Below, one piece after another: positions 49,955 through 62,461 of a stretch of 64,000 nucleotides of DNA. The DNA lies in contig OZ243041.1 in assembly GCA_965212055.1 (NCBI GenBank), positions 768,001 to 832,000 of the forward strand, in the 5' to 3' direction. A program made the translations under genes and the position numbers. Below the pieces are notes generated by a model. The model had not been told where the DNA came from and did not search any database. It saw nothing but the letters and a program-made list of their open reading frames with translations. Numbering within the stretch: the stretch's first letter is position 1; the number at the start of each line of letters is the position of its first letter. This DNA is from Fidelibacterota bacterium (GTDB taxonomy: Bacteria > Fidelibacterota > Marinisomatia > Marinisomatales > Marinisomataceae).

Positions 49955-50812
49955 TTAATCTGCTAATGCTTCTGCCCCACCAACAATTTCTAACATCTCT
50001 GTTGTAATTGCTGCTTGACGCGCCTTGTTAAATTCTAATTTTAATTCTTTAATTATTTCTTTAGCGTTTTCTGTTGCATTATCCATCGCTATCATTCTAG
50101 CAGCCTCTTCACTGCTATATGATTCCAACATTTGTTGCCACATTTGTACTTTAACATGCTTTGGCATTAATGTTTGGATAGTTGATTCTCGACTTGGTTC
50201 ATAATCATAATTATAATTTTTAACATTATAATCTTTTGTGAAATCAATTGGTAGAACCTTCTCCATCATTAAGTCTTGAGATGCCAGACTTTTAAATCTA
50301 TTATAAATCACATTCACTTCATCAACTTCACCGCTAGTAAATGACTCAATAAATACATTTGCAATATCCGATGCAGTAGAAAAATTCATATCTTTCCAAA
50401 AGTCATAGAATGATTCTTTAACCTTATATTTTCTATTAGAAAAATATTCTGATGCCTTTTTGCCTAAGCAAAATAATTGAACTTTTTCTTTACCAATTTT
50501 TTCAATTTCCTTTTCAGCCAACCTAATGACGCTAGAATTAAAAGAACCAGCAAAACCTCTATCGCTTGTAATAACAATTAATCCTTTATTTTTGATCTCT
50601 CTTTTCTCAATCAAATCAACATTTGAGGAAGATATTTCAGGTAGAATTCTGCAAATCAAATCTTGCACATTTTTTGAATATGGTCTTGAAATTTCCATTC
50701 TCTCTTGTGCTCTTTTTACTTTAGCAGCTGCAACCATTTTCATAGCTTTAGTTACCTTCTGTAAACTGCCTACAGATTTAATTCGTTGTTGAATGTCTTT
50801 AAGATTAGCCAT
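49955..50812 (-). CDS. atpG: ATP synthase F1 gamma
   Basis: KVTKAMKMVAAAK, RMIAMDNATENA, RQAAITTE. Confidence 0.97.
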   Translation of the reverse strand: MANLKDIQQRIKSVGSLQKVTKAMKMVAAAKVKRAQERMEISRPYSKNVQDLICRILPEISSSNVDLIEKREIKNKGLIVITSDRGFAGSFNSSVIRLAEKEIEKIGKEKVQLFCLGKKASEYFSNRKYKVKESFYDFWKDMNFSTASDIANVFIESFTSGEVDEVNVIYNRFKSLASQDLMMEKVLPIDFTKDYNVKNYNYDYEPSRESTIQTLMPKHVKVQMWQQMLESYSSEEAARMIAMDNATENAKEIIKELKLEFNKARQAAITTEMLEIVGGAEALAD

Positions 50813-50813
50813 T

Positions 50814-52331
50814 TTAAAATGTTTTTTTGAATTCCTCTATTCCTGTATTCATTGCTTTCTCTAAATCATCACTAATATCACCTTCTTGACTAATTTGATC
50901 TAGACAATCAGAATGTTTGGTATGAAAGTATTCAAGCAATCCTACCTCAAACTCTTTTACTCTATCAAGATCAACATCATCTAAATAACCTTTTCCAGCT
51001 GCATAAATAATAACTACTTGATTAGAAATAGACATTGGAACGTATTGGTTTTGTTTTAATATCTCTACCATTCGACGTCCTCTGGTAATTTGTAATGCCG
51101 TTGTTTCATCTAAATCTGAAGCAAATTTTGCAAATGCTTCTAATTCTCTAAATTGAGCTAAATCTAATCTCAATTTACCAGCAATTTTTTTCATCGCTTT
51201 TATTTGAGCATTCCCTCCAACTCTAGAAACCGACAATCCAACATCAACAGCTGGTCTAATACCACCATTGAATAAACTTGTATTGAGATATATTTGTCCA
51301 TCAGTAATGGAAATCACATTTGTTGGAATATACGCAGACACATCTCCTTCTTGTGTTTCAATAATTGGAAGCGCGGTTAATGATCCAGATTTTAAATCTT
51401 TAGCAAGTTTTGATGCTCTTTCAAGAAGTCTGCTGTGTAAATAAAAAACATCACCTGGAAATGCTTCACGTCCTGGAGGTCTTCTCAAAACTAATGACAT
51501 TTGTCTATATGCAACGGCTTGTTTTGATAAATCATCATAGACAATTAATGCATGCATTCCATTGTCTCGATAATATTCACCCATTGCACATCCAGCATAT
51601 GGAGCAATGTATTGAAGCGGTGCAGGATCTGATGCATTAGCAACTACTATTGTTGTATAGTCCATTGCACCATTTGATTCGAGTTCTCCCACTAGTTTTG
51701 CAACAGTTGATGCTTTCTGCCCAATTGCAACATAAATACAATAAACAGGACTATCTGTATCATGTGATGATTTCTGATTGATAATAGTATCTGCCGCAAT
51801 TGCCGATTTACCTGTTTGTCTATCTCCAATAATAAGCTCTCTTTGACCTCTACCAATAGGAATCATGCTATCTATTGCTTTCAACCCTGTTTGTAAAGGT
51901 TCGTTCACAGGAGATCTTGACATTACACCTAAAGCTTTTCTCTCAATTGGGAGTGTTTCTTTTGCATTAATAGGGCCTTTACCATCCATAGGTTGACCTA
52001 AAGGATTTACAACCCTACCTAATAATTTTTCTCCAACAGGAACTTCAGCAACTCTTCCAGTTCTCTTTGCGGTATCTCCTTCTTTGATTAGACTACTATC
52101 TCCGAATAATACAGCTCCTACATTTTCTTTTTCCAAGTTTAATGCCATTCCAAAAACACCATTTGGAAACTCTACGAGTTCAGAACTCATAATATTACCA
52201 AGACCACTTGTTCTAGCAACACCATCTCCAACTTCTAAGACTTCACCTACTTCGTTAATATCAATATCACTATCAATATTTTTTATCTGATTTCGTAATA
52301 AGTCTCCAATTTGATTTGTTTTAATTTCCAT
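50814..52331 (-). CDS. atpA: ATP synthase F1 alpha
   Basis: [31 protein letters not shown]. Confidence 0.98.
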   Translation of the reverse strand: MEIKTNQIGDLLRNQIKNIDSDIDINEVGEVLEVGDGVARTSGLGNIMSSELVEFPNGVFGMALNLEKENVGAVLFGDSSLIKEGDTAKRTGRVAEVPVGEKLLGRVVNPLGQPMDGKGPINAKETLPIERKALGVMSRSPVNEPLQTGLKAIDSMIPIGRGQRELIIGDRQTGKSAIAADTIINQKSSHDTDSPVYCIYVAIGQKASTVAKLVGELESNGAMDYTTIVVANASDPAPLQYIAPYAGCAMGEYYRDNGMHALIVYDDLSKQAVAYRQMSLVLRRPPGREAFPGDVFYLHSRLLERASKLAKDLKSGSLTALPIIETQEGDVSAYIPTNVISITDGQIYLNTSLFNGGIRPAVDVGLSVSRVGGNAQIKAMKKIAGKLRLDLAQFRELEAFAKFASDLDETTALQITRGRRMVEILKQNQYVPMSISNQVVIIYAAGKGYLDDVDLDRVKEFEVGLLEYFHTKHSDCLDQISQEGDISDDLEKAMNTGIEEFKKTF

Positions 52332-52874
52332 TTACACCCCTATTAATTTTAATTTTGCATTTTCTAATTTTGTTTTCAAACTACTATCAAACAACATGTC
52401 ATCTACCTTAATCTTTAATCCACCAATTAAACTCTTATCAACAGAAAAATTAAGATCAATTTCTTTTTTTGTAGCTGTTTTTAATTCTTGTAAAAGATTA
52501 TTTTTAGAATCATCTGCCATATCAAATGATGCAACTACTTCAACATAGGCAACATTTAATTTTTCTTTCGCTAATGAAAGAAAATTTTTATTCACATCTG
52601 ATAACAAATTAATATCATCATTTTCAACCATTACTATAATAATGTCTAACAAATCATTATTCACAACATCACTTAATGCATTTTTAAAGATTCCTACTTT
52701 TTGACTTCTATCAATTGATTTAGATTGTAAAAATGCACTAATTGTTGAATCTTTTTTCATAAGAACTACAAAATCATTCAACATAATTTTGGTTGTTTGA
52801 AATTCTTGAAAATTTGTTACTAGAGAACAAAATGCTTCCGAATATATCTTTATTTTTTTATGATTTTGCTTCAT
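52332..52874 (-). CDS. atpH: ATP synthase F1 delta
   Basis: VDKSLIGGL.I...D..FD.S motif; lies between atpF and atpA; likely ATG at 52874. Confidence 0.88.
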   Translation of the reverse strand: MKQNHKKIKIYSEAFCSLVTNFQEFQTTKIMLNDFVVLMKKDSTISAFLQSKSIDRSQKVGIFKNALSDVVNNDLLDIIIVMVENDDINLLSDVNKNFLSLAKEKLNVAYVEVVASFDMADDSKNNLLQELKTATKKEIDLNFSVDKSLIGGLKIKVDDMLFDSSLKTKLENAKLKLIGV

Positions 52875-53367
52875 CAGTATTAATTTCTTTAAGAGATGAT
52901 TGAACAAACTTATTATTATCTTCATCTTTAACATTTCTTTGTAATACCTGAGATGCTAAATCTAAACTTAAATCAACAACTTCTTCTTTTATCTCTTTAA
53001 TGGCTCTTTTCTTTTCAACATCAATCTTCTTTTTAGCATCAAGAACAAATTCATCTGATTTTTGTTTTGCATCATTCAGAATCGTATTAGCAGACTGCTC
53101 AGCTCTTTGTTTGCCATCACTAACGATAGATTTACTTTGATTTTTTGCTTCATTAAGAATTTTTTCTGATTCTTCTCTTACTTGTTCAAGATCTGCCTTG
53201 GCACTTTCTGCCATTGCTAAAGAATCAGAAATTTCTTTCTCTCTTTCATCAATAAAATTAAGTAAAGGTGTCCATGCATATCGTTTTAAGATAAACAAGA
53301 CTAATAAAAAGATTATTATTGACCAGATAAATAAACCTGGATCAATTGTAAACAATGGATTATCCAT
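52858..53367 (-). CDS. atpF: ATP synthase F0 subunit b
   Basis: DPGLFIW TM, AW.PL....DERE, coiled coil. Confidence 0.93.
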   Translation of the reverse strand: MDNPLFTIDPGLFIWSIIIFLLVLFILKRYAWTPLLNFIDEREKEISDSLAMAESAKADLEQVREESEKILNEAKNQSKSIVSDGKQRAEQSANTILNDAKQKSDEFVLDAKKKIDVEKKRAIKEIKEEVVDLSLDLASQVLQRNVKDEDNNKFVQSSLKEINTDEAKS

Positions 53368-53396
53368 ATTTTCCTTTCTTTCTAACTATTAACTAG

Positions 53397-54502
<1,106 letters not shown>

Positions 54503-54555
54503 CGCTTGAACCTAATAAAAAAAAATCAATCTGAAAATAGCAAAAATGTAGATTT

Positions 54556-54765
54556 TTAATCATTTTTTACTATTGAATTATAAATCTGATAAGAACCAAT
54601 TATAATTCCCAGAAAAAGTCCAAAGATAAGTGCATATTTTAGATTAAAATATTTATCCAAAATAAATCCTAATAACCCAAAAAAAATTATTGTTGAAAAA
54701 AAAGCAGTGGAAAGAGAATAATCTTTTGCAAGAATAGAAATAAAAGATTTATTATCTTTTTTCAT
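54556..54765 (-). CDS. AtpZ/AtpI-family membrane protein
   Basis: Two TMs with G..LD..F...GLFLG pattern; directly before atpB. Confidence 0.75.
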   Translation of the reverse strand: MKKDNKSFISILAKDYSLSTAFFSTIIFFGLLGFILDKYFNLKYALIFGLFLGIIIGSYQIYNSIVKND

Positions 54766-55121
54766 CCAGTTAAATCAGAATCGATTTCGCTATCAATCAT
54801 CTCACATCGACCAGAAAATTGTGCTCCATCTTGAATATTTAAAACTTTATATCTTAAATCTCCCACTAACTCACAATTACTTAACAATTCCGCAGTACCA
54901 TTAATATAAATGTCACCTTCAACATAACCATTCATCTGAATCGCAGTTGCTTTAACATCGCCAAAAATTTTTCCATTTTTTGCAAGCTGTACTGAACCAT
55001 ATGTAGATACTGATCCTCTTATTTCCCCATAGATTGTAATATTGCCAGATAAATTCATATCACCATCAATTTGAACATCTTCAGCAACTATTGTTTGGCT
55101 ATTGGTAGATTTATTACTCAT
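54762..55121 (-). CDS. Bactofilin (polymer-forming cytoskeletal protein)
   Basis: TIVAEDVQIDGD...G.I.G beta-helix repeats ending GAQFSGRC; likely ATG at 55121. Confidence 0.9.
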   Translation of the reverse strand: MSNKSTNSQTIVAEDVQIDGDMNLSGNITIYGEIRGSVSTYGSVQLAKNGKIFGDVKATAIQMNGYVEGDIYINGTAELLSNCELVGDLRYKVLNIQDGAQFSGRCEMIDSEIDSDLTG

Positions 55122-55860
55122 TATTTTCTGTTTCCAATTTATCAGATTTTTTTGAATAATCTGGGAAAAAAGATAATGGATTAATTGGTTTTCCATCTTT
55201 CCAGATTTCAAAATGTAGATGAGGCCCTGATGACATTCCAGTATTTCCTAATTGAGCAATCACTGTATTTTTTTCAATACGTTCATTTCTTTTAACAAAA
55301 TTTTCTTCGTTGTGATAATAATGCGAATAATATCCATTTTCATGATCAATAATAATAGAATAACCATAATTTACTGAGAAGTCGCTATAGATTACTACTC
55401 CATTTGCAGTAGATAAGATTGGACTATTTTCTTCATTTACAATATCAATCCCAAAATGATTGCTCTCTAAATCAAATTCTTTACTTATGATTCCATTATT
55501 TGGCTTTATACTAGGAAGATTGCTCGTAACCATAAATCTAATATTAGAATTATCTAGCTTATCTTCTGACTCTAAACCAATAATATTTTCAATATAAGAT
55601 TGCATTAATCCAATATCATTTAAACTGTCTGAAAGATTATCAATTGTTTCTTTTTGTGTACTGATTTTTCGATTAATTGCATTGATTTGAAGATATTCTC
55701 TAACGATAGGAACAGAAAGAACCAATAATGATAACGAGATAATGAAACACAATCCCAGAATAATAGAACTAGTAATAAGTGTTGATCTTGTAAATTCTAT
55801 TTGCCATGTCTTTTTATTTAAAACAGACATAAAAAGTAGCTTGTAGTCTTTATGTTTCAT
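55114..55860 (-). CDS. M23-family metalloendopeptidase, membrane-anchored
   Basis: TM, coiled coil, HFGID, GNTG.S.GPHLHFE. Confidence 0.9.
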   Translation of the reverse strand: MKHKDYKLLFMSVLNKKTWQIEFTRSTLITSSIILGLCFIISLSLLVLSVPIVREYLQINAINRKISTQKETIDNLSDSLNDIGLMQSYIENIIGLESEDKLDNSNIRFMVTSNLPSIKPNNGIISKEFDLESNHFGIDIVNEENSPILSTANGVVIYSDFSVNYGYSIIIDHENGYYSHYYHNEENFVKRNERIEKNTVIAQLGNTGMSSGPHLHFEIWKDGKPINPLSFFPDYSKKSDKLETENNE

Positions 55861-56679
55861 TTATTTAATACCTAAAGCTTCTAAAACTCTATCCCAAGTT
55901 TTTGAATCAAAATGAATCTTCACAAAACCTTTACCAGTTTTTTTGCTTTTCTTAATTGTAACTTTTACACCTATAATACGAGCAATTTTGTTCTCAATAC
56001 TTTCTAATTGTTTCTGCCATTTTCTATTCTTTGAAACGGCTGCCTCTACTTTTCGAACAGACATTTTATCTCTTAATATTTTTTTCCATAGTGAAATCAT
56101 ACCTTGAGTAGTTTTTTTCTGTAATATTATTCTAGCTTGACCTTCACTAATCTTTCCTGCAAGAATACTTTCTTGAATTTGAATCGGCAATTTTAACAAT
56201 CTTAATATGTTGGATACTGCTGGTCTAGATTTTCCAATTGTTTTTGCAATTTCAGTAATAGAACTATCCATATTTTCTTTTAAATATTTATATGCTTTTG
56301 CTTGTTCAATTGGATTCAAATCTTCTCTTTGAATATTTTCGATTAATGCCATATACATTAAATCTTTGTTTGAATCACTTTCAAGAATATATGCTGGAAT
56401 TCTTTTTCTTTGTAGAAGTTGATGCGCTCTAAATCTTCTTTCTCCAGCAATAATAATATATTTATTCTTTGACTGCTTGACTGTAATAGGACTAATGAGT
56501 CCTTTCTCTTCAATTGATTGAGATAATTGTTTCAGTGATTTTTCTCCAAAAATTCTTCTTGGCTGGTTTGGATTAGGAACAATTCTACTCATTAAAATAT
56601 CTGTTTGTTTAACATCTATTACAGATTTTGGAGCAATTAATGCATTAATTCCTTGTCCTATTTTTTTATTTTTTGCCAT
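55861..56679 (-). CDS. parB: ParB/Spo0J partition protein
   Basis: PNPNQPR, IAGERRFRA, IENIQREDLNPIE, HTH GKSRPAVSNILRLL. Confidence 0.95.
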   Translation of the reverse strand: MAKNKKIGQGINALIAPKSVIDVKQTDILMSRIVPNPNQPRRIFGEKSLKQLSQSIEEKGLISPITVKQSKNKYIIIAGERRFRAHQLLQRKRIPAYILESDSNKDLMYMALIENIQREDLNPIEQAKAYKYLKENMDSSITEIAKTIGKSRPAVSNILRLLKLPIQIQESILAGKISEGQARIILQKKTTQGMISLWKKILRDKMSVRKVEAAVSKNRKWQKQLESIENKIARIIGVKVTIKKSKKTGKGFVKIHFDSKTWDRVLEALGIK

Positions 56680-57430
56680 TTAAAATCTCTATTGCTAAAT
56701 CCATATAATTTTTTGCTCCAGCACAATCTACATCATATACAATAGCAGGTTTGCCATCATCAGGCGCTTCAGCTAATCTAATATTTCTATTAATTGTGGT
56801 CTTAAACAATTTATTTTTAAAATTTGATTTTAACAAATTTTCAACCTTTCTTGCGAGCTTAAGTCTCTTACTGTGCATAGTAATTAAAATACCTAAAATT
56901 TTTAAATTTTTATTAAAATTTTCTTTCACTAATCGAATGGTTTCACTCAAGCTTTTTAAACCTTCCAATGCCAAAAATTCACTCTGAATTGGAATCAAAA
57001 CACTGTCTGAAACAACCAAAGCATTAAGCGTTAACAAGCCTAATGATGGAGGACAATCGATTAAGATAAAATCATAATCTTTTTTTACTTTATTAATTAA
57101 TCTTAGTAATTGTTTTTCTCGATTTGGTATAGAAACCAATTCAATTTCACACCCAACTAAATTTTGATCTGATCTTATAAAATCAAGAAAATCTAAATCT
57201 GTTTTTGATATAACTTGTTTTATAGTTTTATTCTGACTCAAAGCATCATAGATAGAAAAATTATTCTCTAGACCAGAATTTGATAAACCTGTAGTCGCAT
57301 TAGCTTGTGGATCAAAATCAACTAACAAAGTCTTTTTCTCTAGGATAGCAAAACTAGCAGCTAAATTGATAGCGGTCGTTGTTTTACCAACTCCTCCTTT
57401 TTGGTTAATGATAGAGATAATTTTATTCAT
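56666..57430 (-). CDS. parA: ParA/Soj ATPase
   Basis: NQKGGVGKTT, DPQANAT, IDCPPSLG, LAEAP. Confidence 0.95.
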   Translation of the reverse strand: MNKIISIINQKGGVGKTTTAINLAASFAILEKKTLLVDFDPQANATTGLSNSGLENNFSIYDALSQNKTIKQVISKTDLDFLDFIRSDQNLVGCEIELVSIPNREKQLLRLINKVKKDYDFILIDCPPSLGLLTLNALVVSDSVLIPIQSEFLALEGLKSLSETIRLVKENFNKNLKILGILITMHSKRLKLARKVENLLKSNFKNKLFKTTINRNIRLAEAPDDGKPAIVYDVDCAGAKNYMDLAIEILNGKK

Positions 57431-57509
57431 TGAAATAAAAAAATTTAATTGGTATTAGCTCCTAATACAAAGTTTTTAACAAATGAGTTGAATTGATTAA
57501 TTTATAGCA

Positions 57510-58505
57510 ATGATGGAAACAATACTTATTACCGGATCTAATGGTGAGATTGGCAGTCAATTACTTTCATTTGTTAAAAAAAATAACACTAGAATTATTG
57601 CATTCGATATTAATGAACCCATTACAAACTATAAAAATGTATTATATATCAAGGATACTATAAGCAATGAAAAAATTATTAAAAAACTATTTAACGATTT
57701 TGCAATTACTCAGGTATACCATTTTGCTGCACTACTAAGTCAATCTGCAATCAAAAATCCACAGTTGGCAAAACAAGTTAATGAAGAAGGGTCTAGATTA
57801 ATTATTGATTCTGCATTTGATTCAGGAATTAAGAATGGAAATTTTGTGCGTTTCTTTTTCCCAAGTTCTATTGCAGTATATGGTCCAAGAAAATTAATCA
57901 AAGCAAAAGAAACCGATATTATCCAACCTACAACAATATATGGAAAAAATAAGTTGGTTATAGAACAATATGGAGCTGAAAAACATGAACAAAGTTATAA
58001 ATCAAATTCTGGAATCGATTTCCGATCTATAAGATTCCCAGGAATTATCAGTCCATATACAATTCCAAATGGAGGAACAACTGATTTTGCCCCACAAATG
58101 TTGCATGCTGCCGCTGCCTTCTTATTAAAGAATAATAAAGAAAATTATGAGTGTAGAATAGATAAGAATACAAAATTACCATTTATTGGGATACATAAAG
58201 CAGTTGAATCAATTATTCAGCTAATGTCTGCCGATGATATTCAATCAAAATTAAGAACATTCAATATTGAAGAAGTCAGTTTAACACCAAATGATATTAT
58301 TGGAATGTTACAAAAAGAATTTCCAAAATTTAATATAAACTACAATATAGAAGAAAAACTTCAATCTGTTGCAGATACTTGGCCTGATAGTTTAAATTGT
58401 GAAAAGGCAGAAAAAGAATGGAGTTTTTCAAATAAACATGATAAAAAGTCTTTTTTCATGGAGTATTTGATTCCAACAATAAAAGAATATTATGGAAGAC
58501 ATTAA
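57510..58505 (+). CDS. SDR-type L-threonine 3-dehydrogenase (NAD-dependent epimerase family)
   Basis: ITGSNGEIG, PSSIAVYG, P.TIYG.NK, GGTTDFA; adjacent to kbl. Confidence 0.82.
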   Translation: MMETILITGSNGEIGSQLLSFVKKNNTRIIAFDINEPITNYKNVLYIKDTISNEKIIKKLFNDFAITQVYHFAALLSQSAIKNPQLAKQVNEEGSRLIIDSAFDSGIKNGNFVRFFFPSSIAVYGPRKLIKAKETDIIQPTTIYGKNKLVIEQYGAEKHEQSYKSNSGIDFRSIRFPGIISPYTIPNGGTTDFAPQMLHAAAAFLLKNNKENYECRIDKNTKLPFIGIHKAVESIIQLMSADDIQSKLRTFNIEEVSLTPNDIIGMLQKEFPKFNINYNIEEKLQSVADTWPDSLNCEKAEKEWSFSNKHDKKSFFMEYLIPTIKEYYGRH

Positions 58506-59670
58506 AAAAATTCTTAATGAACAGATAGATAGCATTAAAGAAGCTGGTACATTTAAAGATGAACGAGTAATCCAAACCCCACAAGAAACAGAAATTAATG
58601 TCCTAGGAAAATCTGTAATTAATTTCTGTGCCAATAACTATTTAGGATTGTCAAATAACAGCACAATAAAAAAAGCTGCAATCAAGGCAATTGAAGAATG
58701 GGGATTTGGACTAAGTTCAGTAAGATTTATTTGTGGAACTCAAACGATACATAAAGATCTAGAAAAAATAGTAAGTGAATTCCATTCTATGGAAGATACT
58801 ATTCTTTATTCTTCATGTTTTGATGCTAATGGTGGTCTTTTTGAAACAATTTTATCAAAGGATGATGCTGTATTTTCTGACGAATTAAATCATGCATCTA
58901 TTATTGATGGAATACGATTATGTAAAGCTGAAAAAAATCGATATAGACATTGCGATATGAATCACTTGGAAGAATTACTTAAAACATCTAATGGTAGATT
59001 AAAATTAATTGCAACAGATGGTGTTTTCAGTATGGATGGAGTTGTTGCTCCATTAAAAGATATAGTTTTACTTGCAAAACAATACAATGCATTGGTTATG
59101 GTCGATGATTGTCATGCTACTGGCTTCCTTGGAAAACAAGGTCGTGGGAGCGGAGATTACCATAATGTTTTAAATGAAATAGATATTATTACATCAACAT
59201 TTGGGAAAGCATTAGGAGGAGCATCGGGAGGATTTATATCTTCTTCAAAAGAAATAATTGAAATATTAAGACAAAAATCTAGGCCTTATTTGTTCTCTAA
59301 TAGCTTAGCACCTCCTTTAGTAGCAGCATGTATCAAAGTTTTTCAAATTATTTCTGAAAATCATGAATACAAAAATCGATTAGAAAAAAATACGATGCAC
59401 TTTAGAAAAGAAATCAAAAATATTGGGTTTGAGATTAAAGGAGATAATCATCCTATTGTACCAATAATGATTTATGATGCTAAAAAGGCTCTAATTATGT
59501 CAGAAAAACTTTTAAAAAGAAATATTTATGTAATTGCATTTTCATTCCCCGTTGTTCCAGAAAATGAAGCACGTATTCGAGTACAAATTTCAGCATCTCA
59601 TAGCGAGGAACAGATCAATAAAGCACTTCATGCTTTTAAAGATGTAGGAAAAGAATTAAAGATAATTTAA
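58492..59670 (+). CDS. kbl: 2-amino-3-ketobutyrate CoA ligase (glycine C-acetyltransferase)
   Basis: NFCANNYLGL, SVRFICGTQ, DGVFSMDG, TFGKALGG, ARIRVQ. Confidence 0.95.
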   Translation: MEDIKKILNEQIDSIKEAGTFKDERVIQTPQETEINVLGKSVINFCANNYLGLSNNSTIKKAAIKAIEEWGFGLSSVRFICGTQTIHKDLEKIVSEFHSMEDTILYSSCFDANGGLFETILSKDDAVFSDELNHASIIDGIRLCKAEKNRYRHCDMNHLEELLKTSNGRLKLIATDGVFSMDGVVAPLKDIVLLAKQYNALVMVDDCHATGFLGKQGRGSGDYHNVLNEIDIITSTFGKALGGASGGFISSSKEIIEILRQKSRPYLFSNSLAPPLVAACIKVFQIISENHEYKNRLEKNTMHFRKEIKNIGFEIKGDNHPIVPIMIYDAKKALIMSEKLLKRNIYVIAFSFPVVPENEARIRVQISASHSEEQINKALHAFKDVGKELKII

Positions 59671-59727
59671 AAAAATAGTGCAAAAATATTGGAAAGTGGT
59701 AAATTCTGCAACTTAATGTGATAAACA

Positions 59728-61539
59728 ATGAATAGTAAATTAAGAACAAGATTATTATTGATATTATTTATCTTTGGACTGGGAATTTATTCTCTGTGGC
59801 CAACGATTAAATATCAACTTCTTAGTGATACAGAAAAAAATAATTTATCAAAAGAAGAAGTTGAATATTTACAATCAAACAGTATTAAACAAGGACTAGA
59901 TCTCAAAGGTGGAATTTATATTGTTTTGGAGGTTGATTTACCTCAACTTGTTAACAACCTTGCTAATAATAAAGATAAAAAGTTTGATATATTTATCAAT
60001 GATTTAAAGGATGGATATACTAACAATAGTGTTGATTTTTTCGAACTTTTTGACAGCAAGGCTACAAACCAAGATTTAAAACTTCCTCGATATTTTATTA
60101 CTTATGGAAAAACTAAAAACCAAATTATTGAACAACTAAAATTTCAAGCCGATGATTCTATTAACAGAATAATTGAAATTATTCAAAATCGCGTAGATCA
60201 ATTCGGGGTTTCAGAACCAACTATTCAAAAACAAGGAAATGATAGAGTAATTATCGAACTGGCGGGGATTCAAGATTCTGAACGTGCAAGAGGACTATTA
60301 CAAAGCACTGCACTATTAGAATTAATGATTGTAAAAGACGTAGAAAGTACTAATACTATTATTAGACAAATTGATAATCTGTCTTATTCTGACAATCAAA
60401 TTGGAATCAAGTCTCAAAATGAAGATGCAACTAATGGTGGAGATTTATTTAGTTCTGATAATGAAGTAAATGACTTACAATTTTCATCTTTACTCATTGG
60501 AATAGGTAGTGATCTTGCAATAGATAAAGAGAATTTAGAACAGTTCAATAGTATTTTATCTCAAGAAAATATTAAACAACTCCTAGAAGCAACAGGAAGT
60601 AATTTTCTTTTTAGTAATTCTTCAAGAATATTTCTTAATGATTTTGGTGAAGAAGAAGAAGTGTATATTGTGTATCATCTAGTCAATAATGCTGAATTGA
60701 CTGGTGGGGTTATTGAAGATGCTCAGGTAAGACTAAGTCAATCAGGAGCCACTGCGGGACAACCTATTGTTCAAATGGAAATGAATAGTGCAGGTTCTCG
60801 TGAATGGGCAAGAATTACTGGAGCAAACATTAAAAAAAGAATTGCTATAGTATTGGATAAAAAAGTGCACATGGCACCCGTCATTAATAGTCAAATCTTT
60901 GGGGGTTCTACAGTCATTGAAGGTTTAGATTCTGTTGAAGAAGCTGAAGATGTCGCTATTGTCTTGCGTGCAGGTGCTTTACCAGTCCCTGTCACAATTA
61001 TCGATCAAAAAATTGTTGGTCCTTCTCTTGGTGCTGATTCAGTACAACAAGGAACTACATCTATCTTGATTGGATTAGTTCTTGTGGTATTATTTATTAT
61101 ATTTTATTACAGAATGTCTGGCTTTATTGCGAGCTTTTCACTTATATGGACTCTCATTCTTCTCTTGGGTATACTAGCATTATTACAAGCAACTCTAACA
61201 TTACCAGGTATTGCTGGATTGATTTTGACCGTTGGAATGTCTATAGATGCTAACGTCATTATCTTTGAGAGAATCAGAGAAGAATTAAGAAAAGGAAAAA
61301 CTGTTCGATCTGCAATTGATTCCGGATATCAAAGAGCAATAACAACAATTGTTGATGCAAATTTAACGACTGGAATTGCGGCAGGTGTATTATACCAATA
61401 TGGGACAGGACCAATCAAAGGATTTGCAACAGTATTATTCTGGGGAATTGTTGTAAGCATGTTTACTGCAATCATAGTAACAAGATTTCTGTTTGATTTT
61501 ACAACCTCTAGAAGAAATGTGGAGAAACTAAGCATTTAA
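59728..61539 (+). CDS. secD: Protein translocase subunit SecD
   Basis: GLDLKGG, RVDQFGVSEP, GPSLG, DANVIIFERIREE. Confidence 0.96.
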   Translation: MNSKLRTRLLLILFIFGLGIYSLWPTIKYQLLSDTEKNNLSKEEVEYLQSNSIKQGLDLKGGIYIVLEVDLPQLVNNLANNKDKKFDIFINDLKDGYTNNSVDFFELFDSKATNQDLKLPRYFITYGKTKNQIIEQLKFQADDSINRIIEIIQNRVDQFGVSEPTIQKQGNDRVIIELAGIQDSERARGLLQSTALLELMIVKDVESTNTIIRQIDNLSYSDNQIGIKSQNEDATNGGDLFSSDNEVNDLQFSSLLIGIGSDLAIDKENLEQFNSILSQENIKQLLEATGSNFLFSNSSRIFLNDFGEEEEVYIVYHLVNNAELTGGVIEDAQVRLSQSGATAGQPIVQMEMNSAGSREWARITGANIKKRIAIVLDKKVHMAPVINSQIFGGSTVIEGLDSVEEAEDVAIVLRAGALPVPVTIIDQKIVGPSLGADSVQQGTTSILIGLVLVVLFIIFYYRMSGFIASFSLIWTLILLLGILALLQATLTLPGIAGLILTVGMSIDANVIIFERIREELRKGKTVRSAIDSGYQRAITTIVDANLTTGIAAGVLYQYGTGPIKGFATVLFWGIVVSMFTAIIVTRFLFDFTTSRRNVEKLSI

Positions 61540-61540
61540 T

Positions 61541-62461
61541 ATGGAAATACTGAAAAATACTAAGATCAATTTTATGGCAGCAAGAAATGTTGGATTTATT
61601 GTATCCTCTGTTTGTTTTGTTTTGTCTCTATTTATGCTATTGTCAGGATTAAATCTTGGAATTGACTTCAGAGGAGGAACAATGATTGGACTCAATTTCT
61701 CTGAAGACGTTGAAATCCAGGAAGTAAGAACAGCAATGCAGTCTATCTCCATTGAAGGACAAGAATTTGATCTGAGTGCGGAAGAAATAAAACATTTTGG
61801 GAATAGTACTAACGTAATGATCAAATTTAAAGTAAGAGATGATGCTCCAGAAAACTTTGAACAAGAAATTGTAAATCATCTTTATCAAAAGATGAATGAA
61901 AAAGTACCTGAAGATAAGAATAACTTTATTTTATCAATTGACACCGTGAGCCCAAAAGTTGGATCAGAATTAAGTGGAAAAGCATTATGGTCTATTATTT
62001 CTGCTTTGGGACTTATTCTTTTTTATATCTCCATTAGATTTGAATTCAAATTTGCTATAGGAGCCATTCTGGCATTAGTTCATGACATTATAATTACATT
62101 AGGTATTTTTTCTCTTACTGGATATGAAATTACGCTAGGTACTGTTGCAGCATTCTTAACCATTGTTGGATATTCACTTAACGATACAATTGTAATTCTT
62201 GATCGTATTAGAGAAAATATGAAATCTTCAGGAACAGTATTATTTGAAGCGACAATCAACAAAAGTATTAATCAATCACTGAGTAGAACATTAATTACAT
62301 CATTGACCACTTTATTGGTAATTGTCGTATTAATCTATGCTGGTGGAGAAATTATTCGTCCTTTTGCTTTCACTATGCTTGTAGGTGTAATTATTGGAAC
62401 TTATTCAAGTATTTATATAGCTAGTGGACTACTCGTTTCACTCTATAAATCATCTAATTAA
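61541..62461 (+). CDS. secF: Protein translocase subunit SecF
   Basis: GIDFRGG, HD, GYSLNDTIV..DRIREN, GTYSSIYIA. Confidence 0.96.
   Translation: MEILKNTKINFMAARNVGFIVSSVCFVLSLFMLLSGLNLGIDFRGGTMIGLNFSEDVEIQEVRTAMQSISIEGQEFDLSAEEIKHFGNSTNVMIKFKVRDDAPENFEQEIVNHLYQKMNEKVPEDKNNFILSIDTVSPKVGSELSGKALWSIISALGLILFYISIRFEFKFAIGAILALVHDIIITLGIFSLTGYEITLGTVAAFLTIVGYSLNDTIVILDRIRENMKSSGTVLFEATINKSINQSLSRTLITSLTTLLVIVVLIYAGGEIIRPFAFTMLVGVIIGTYSSIYIASGLLVSLYKSSN

Noticed and set aside
55861..57509. Canonical parS (GTTTCACGTGAAAC) near parAB
   Set aside because: Only half-site matches (GTTTCAC) seen by eye, no full palindrome.
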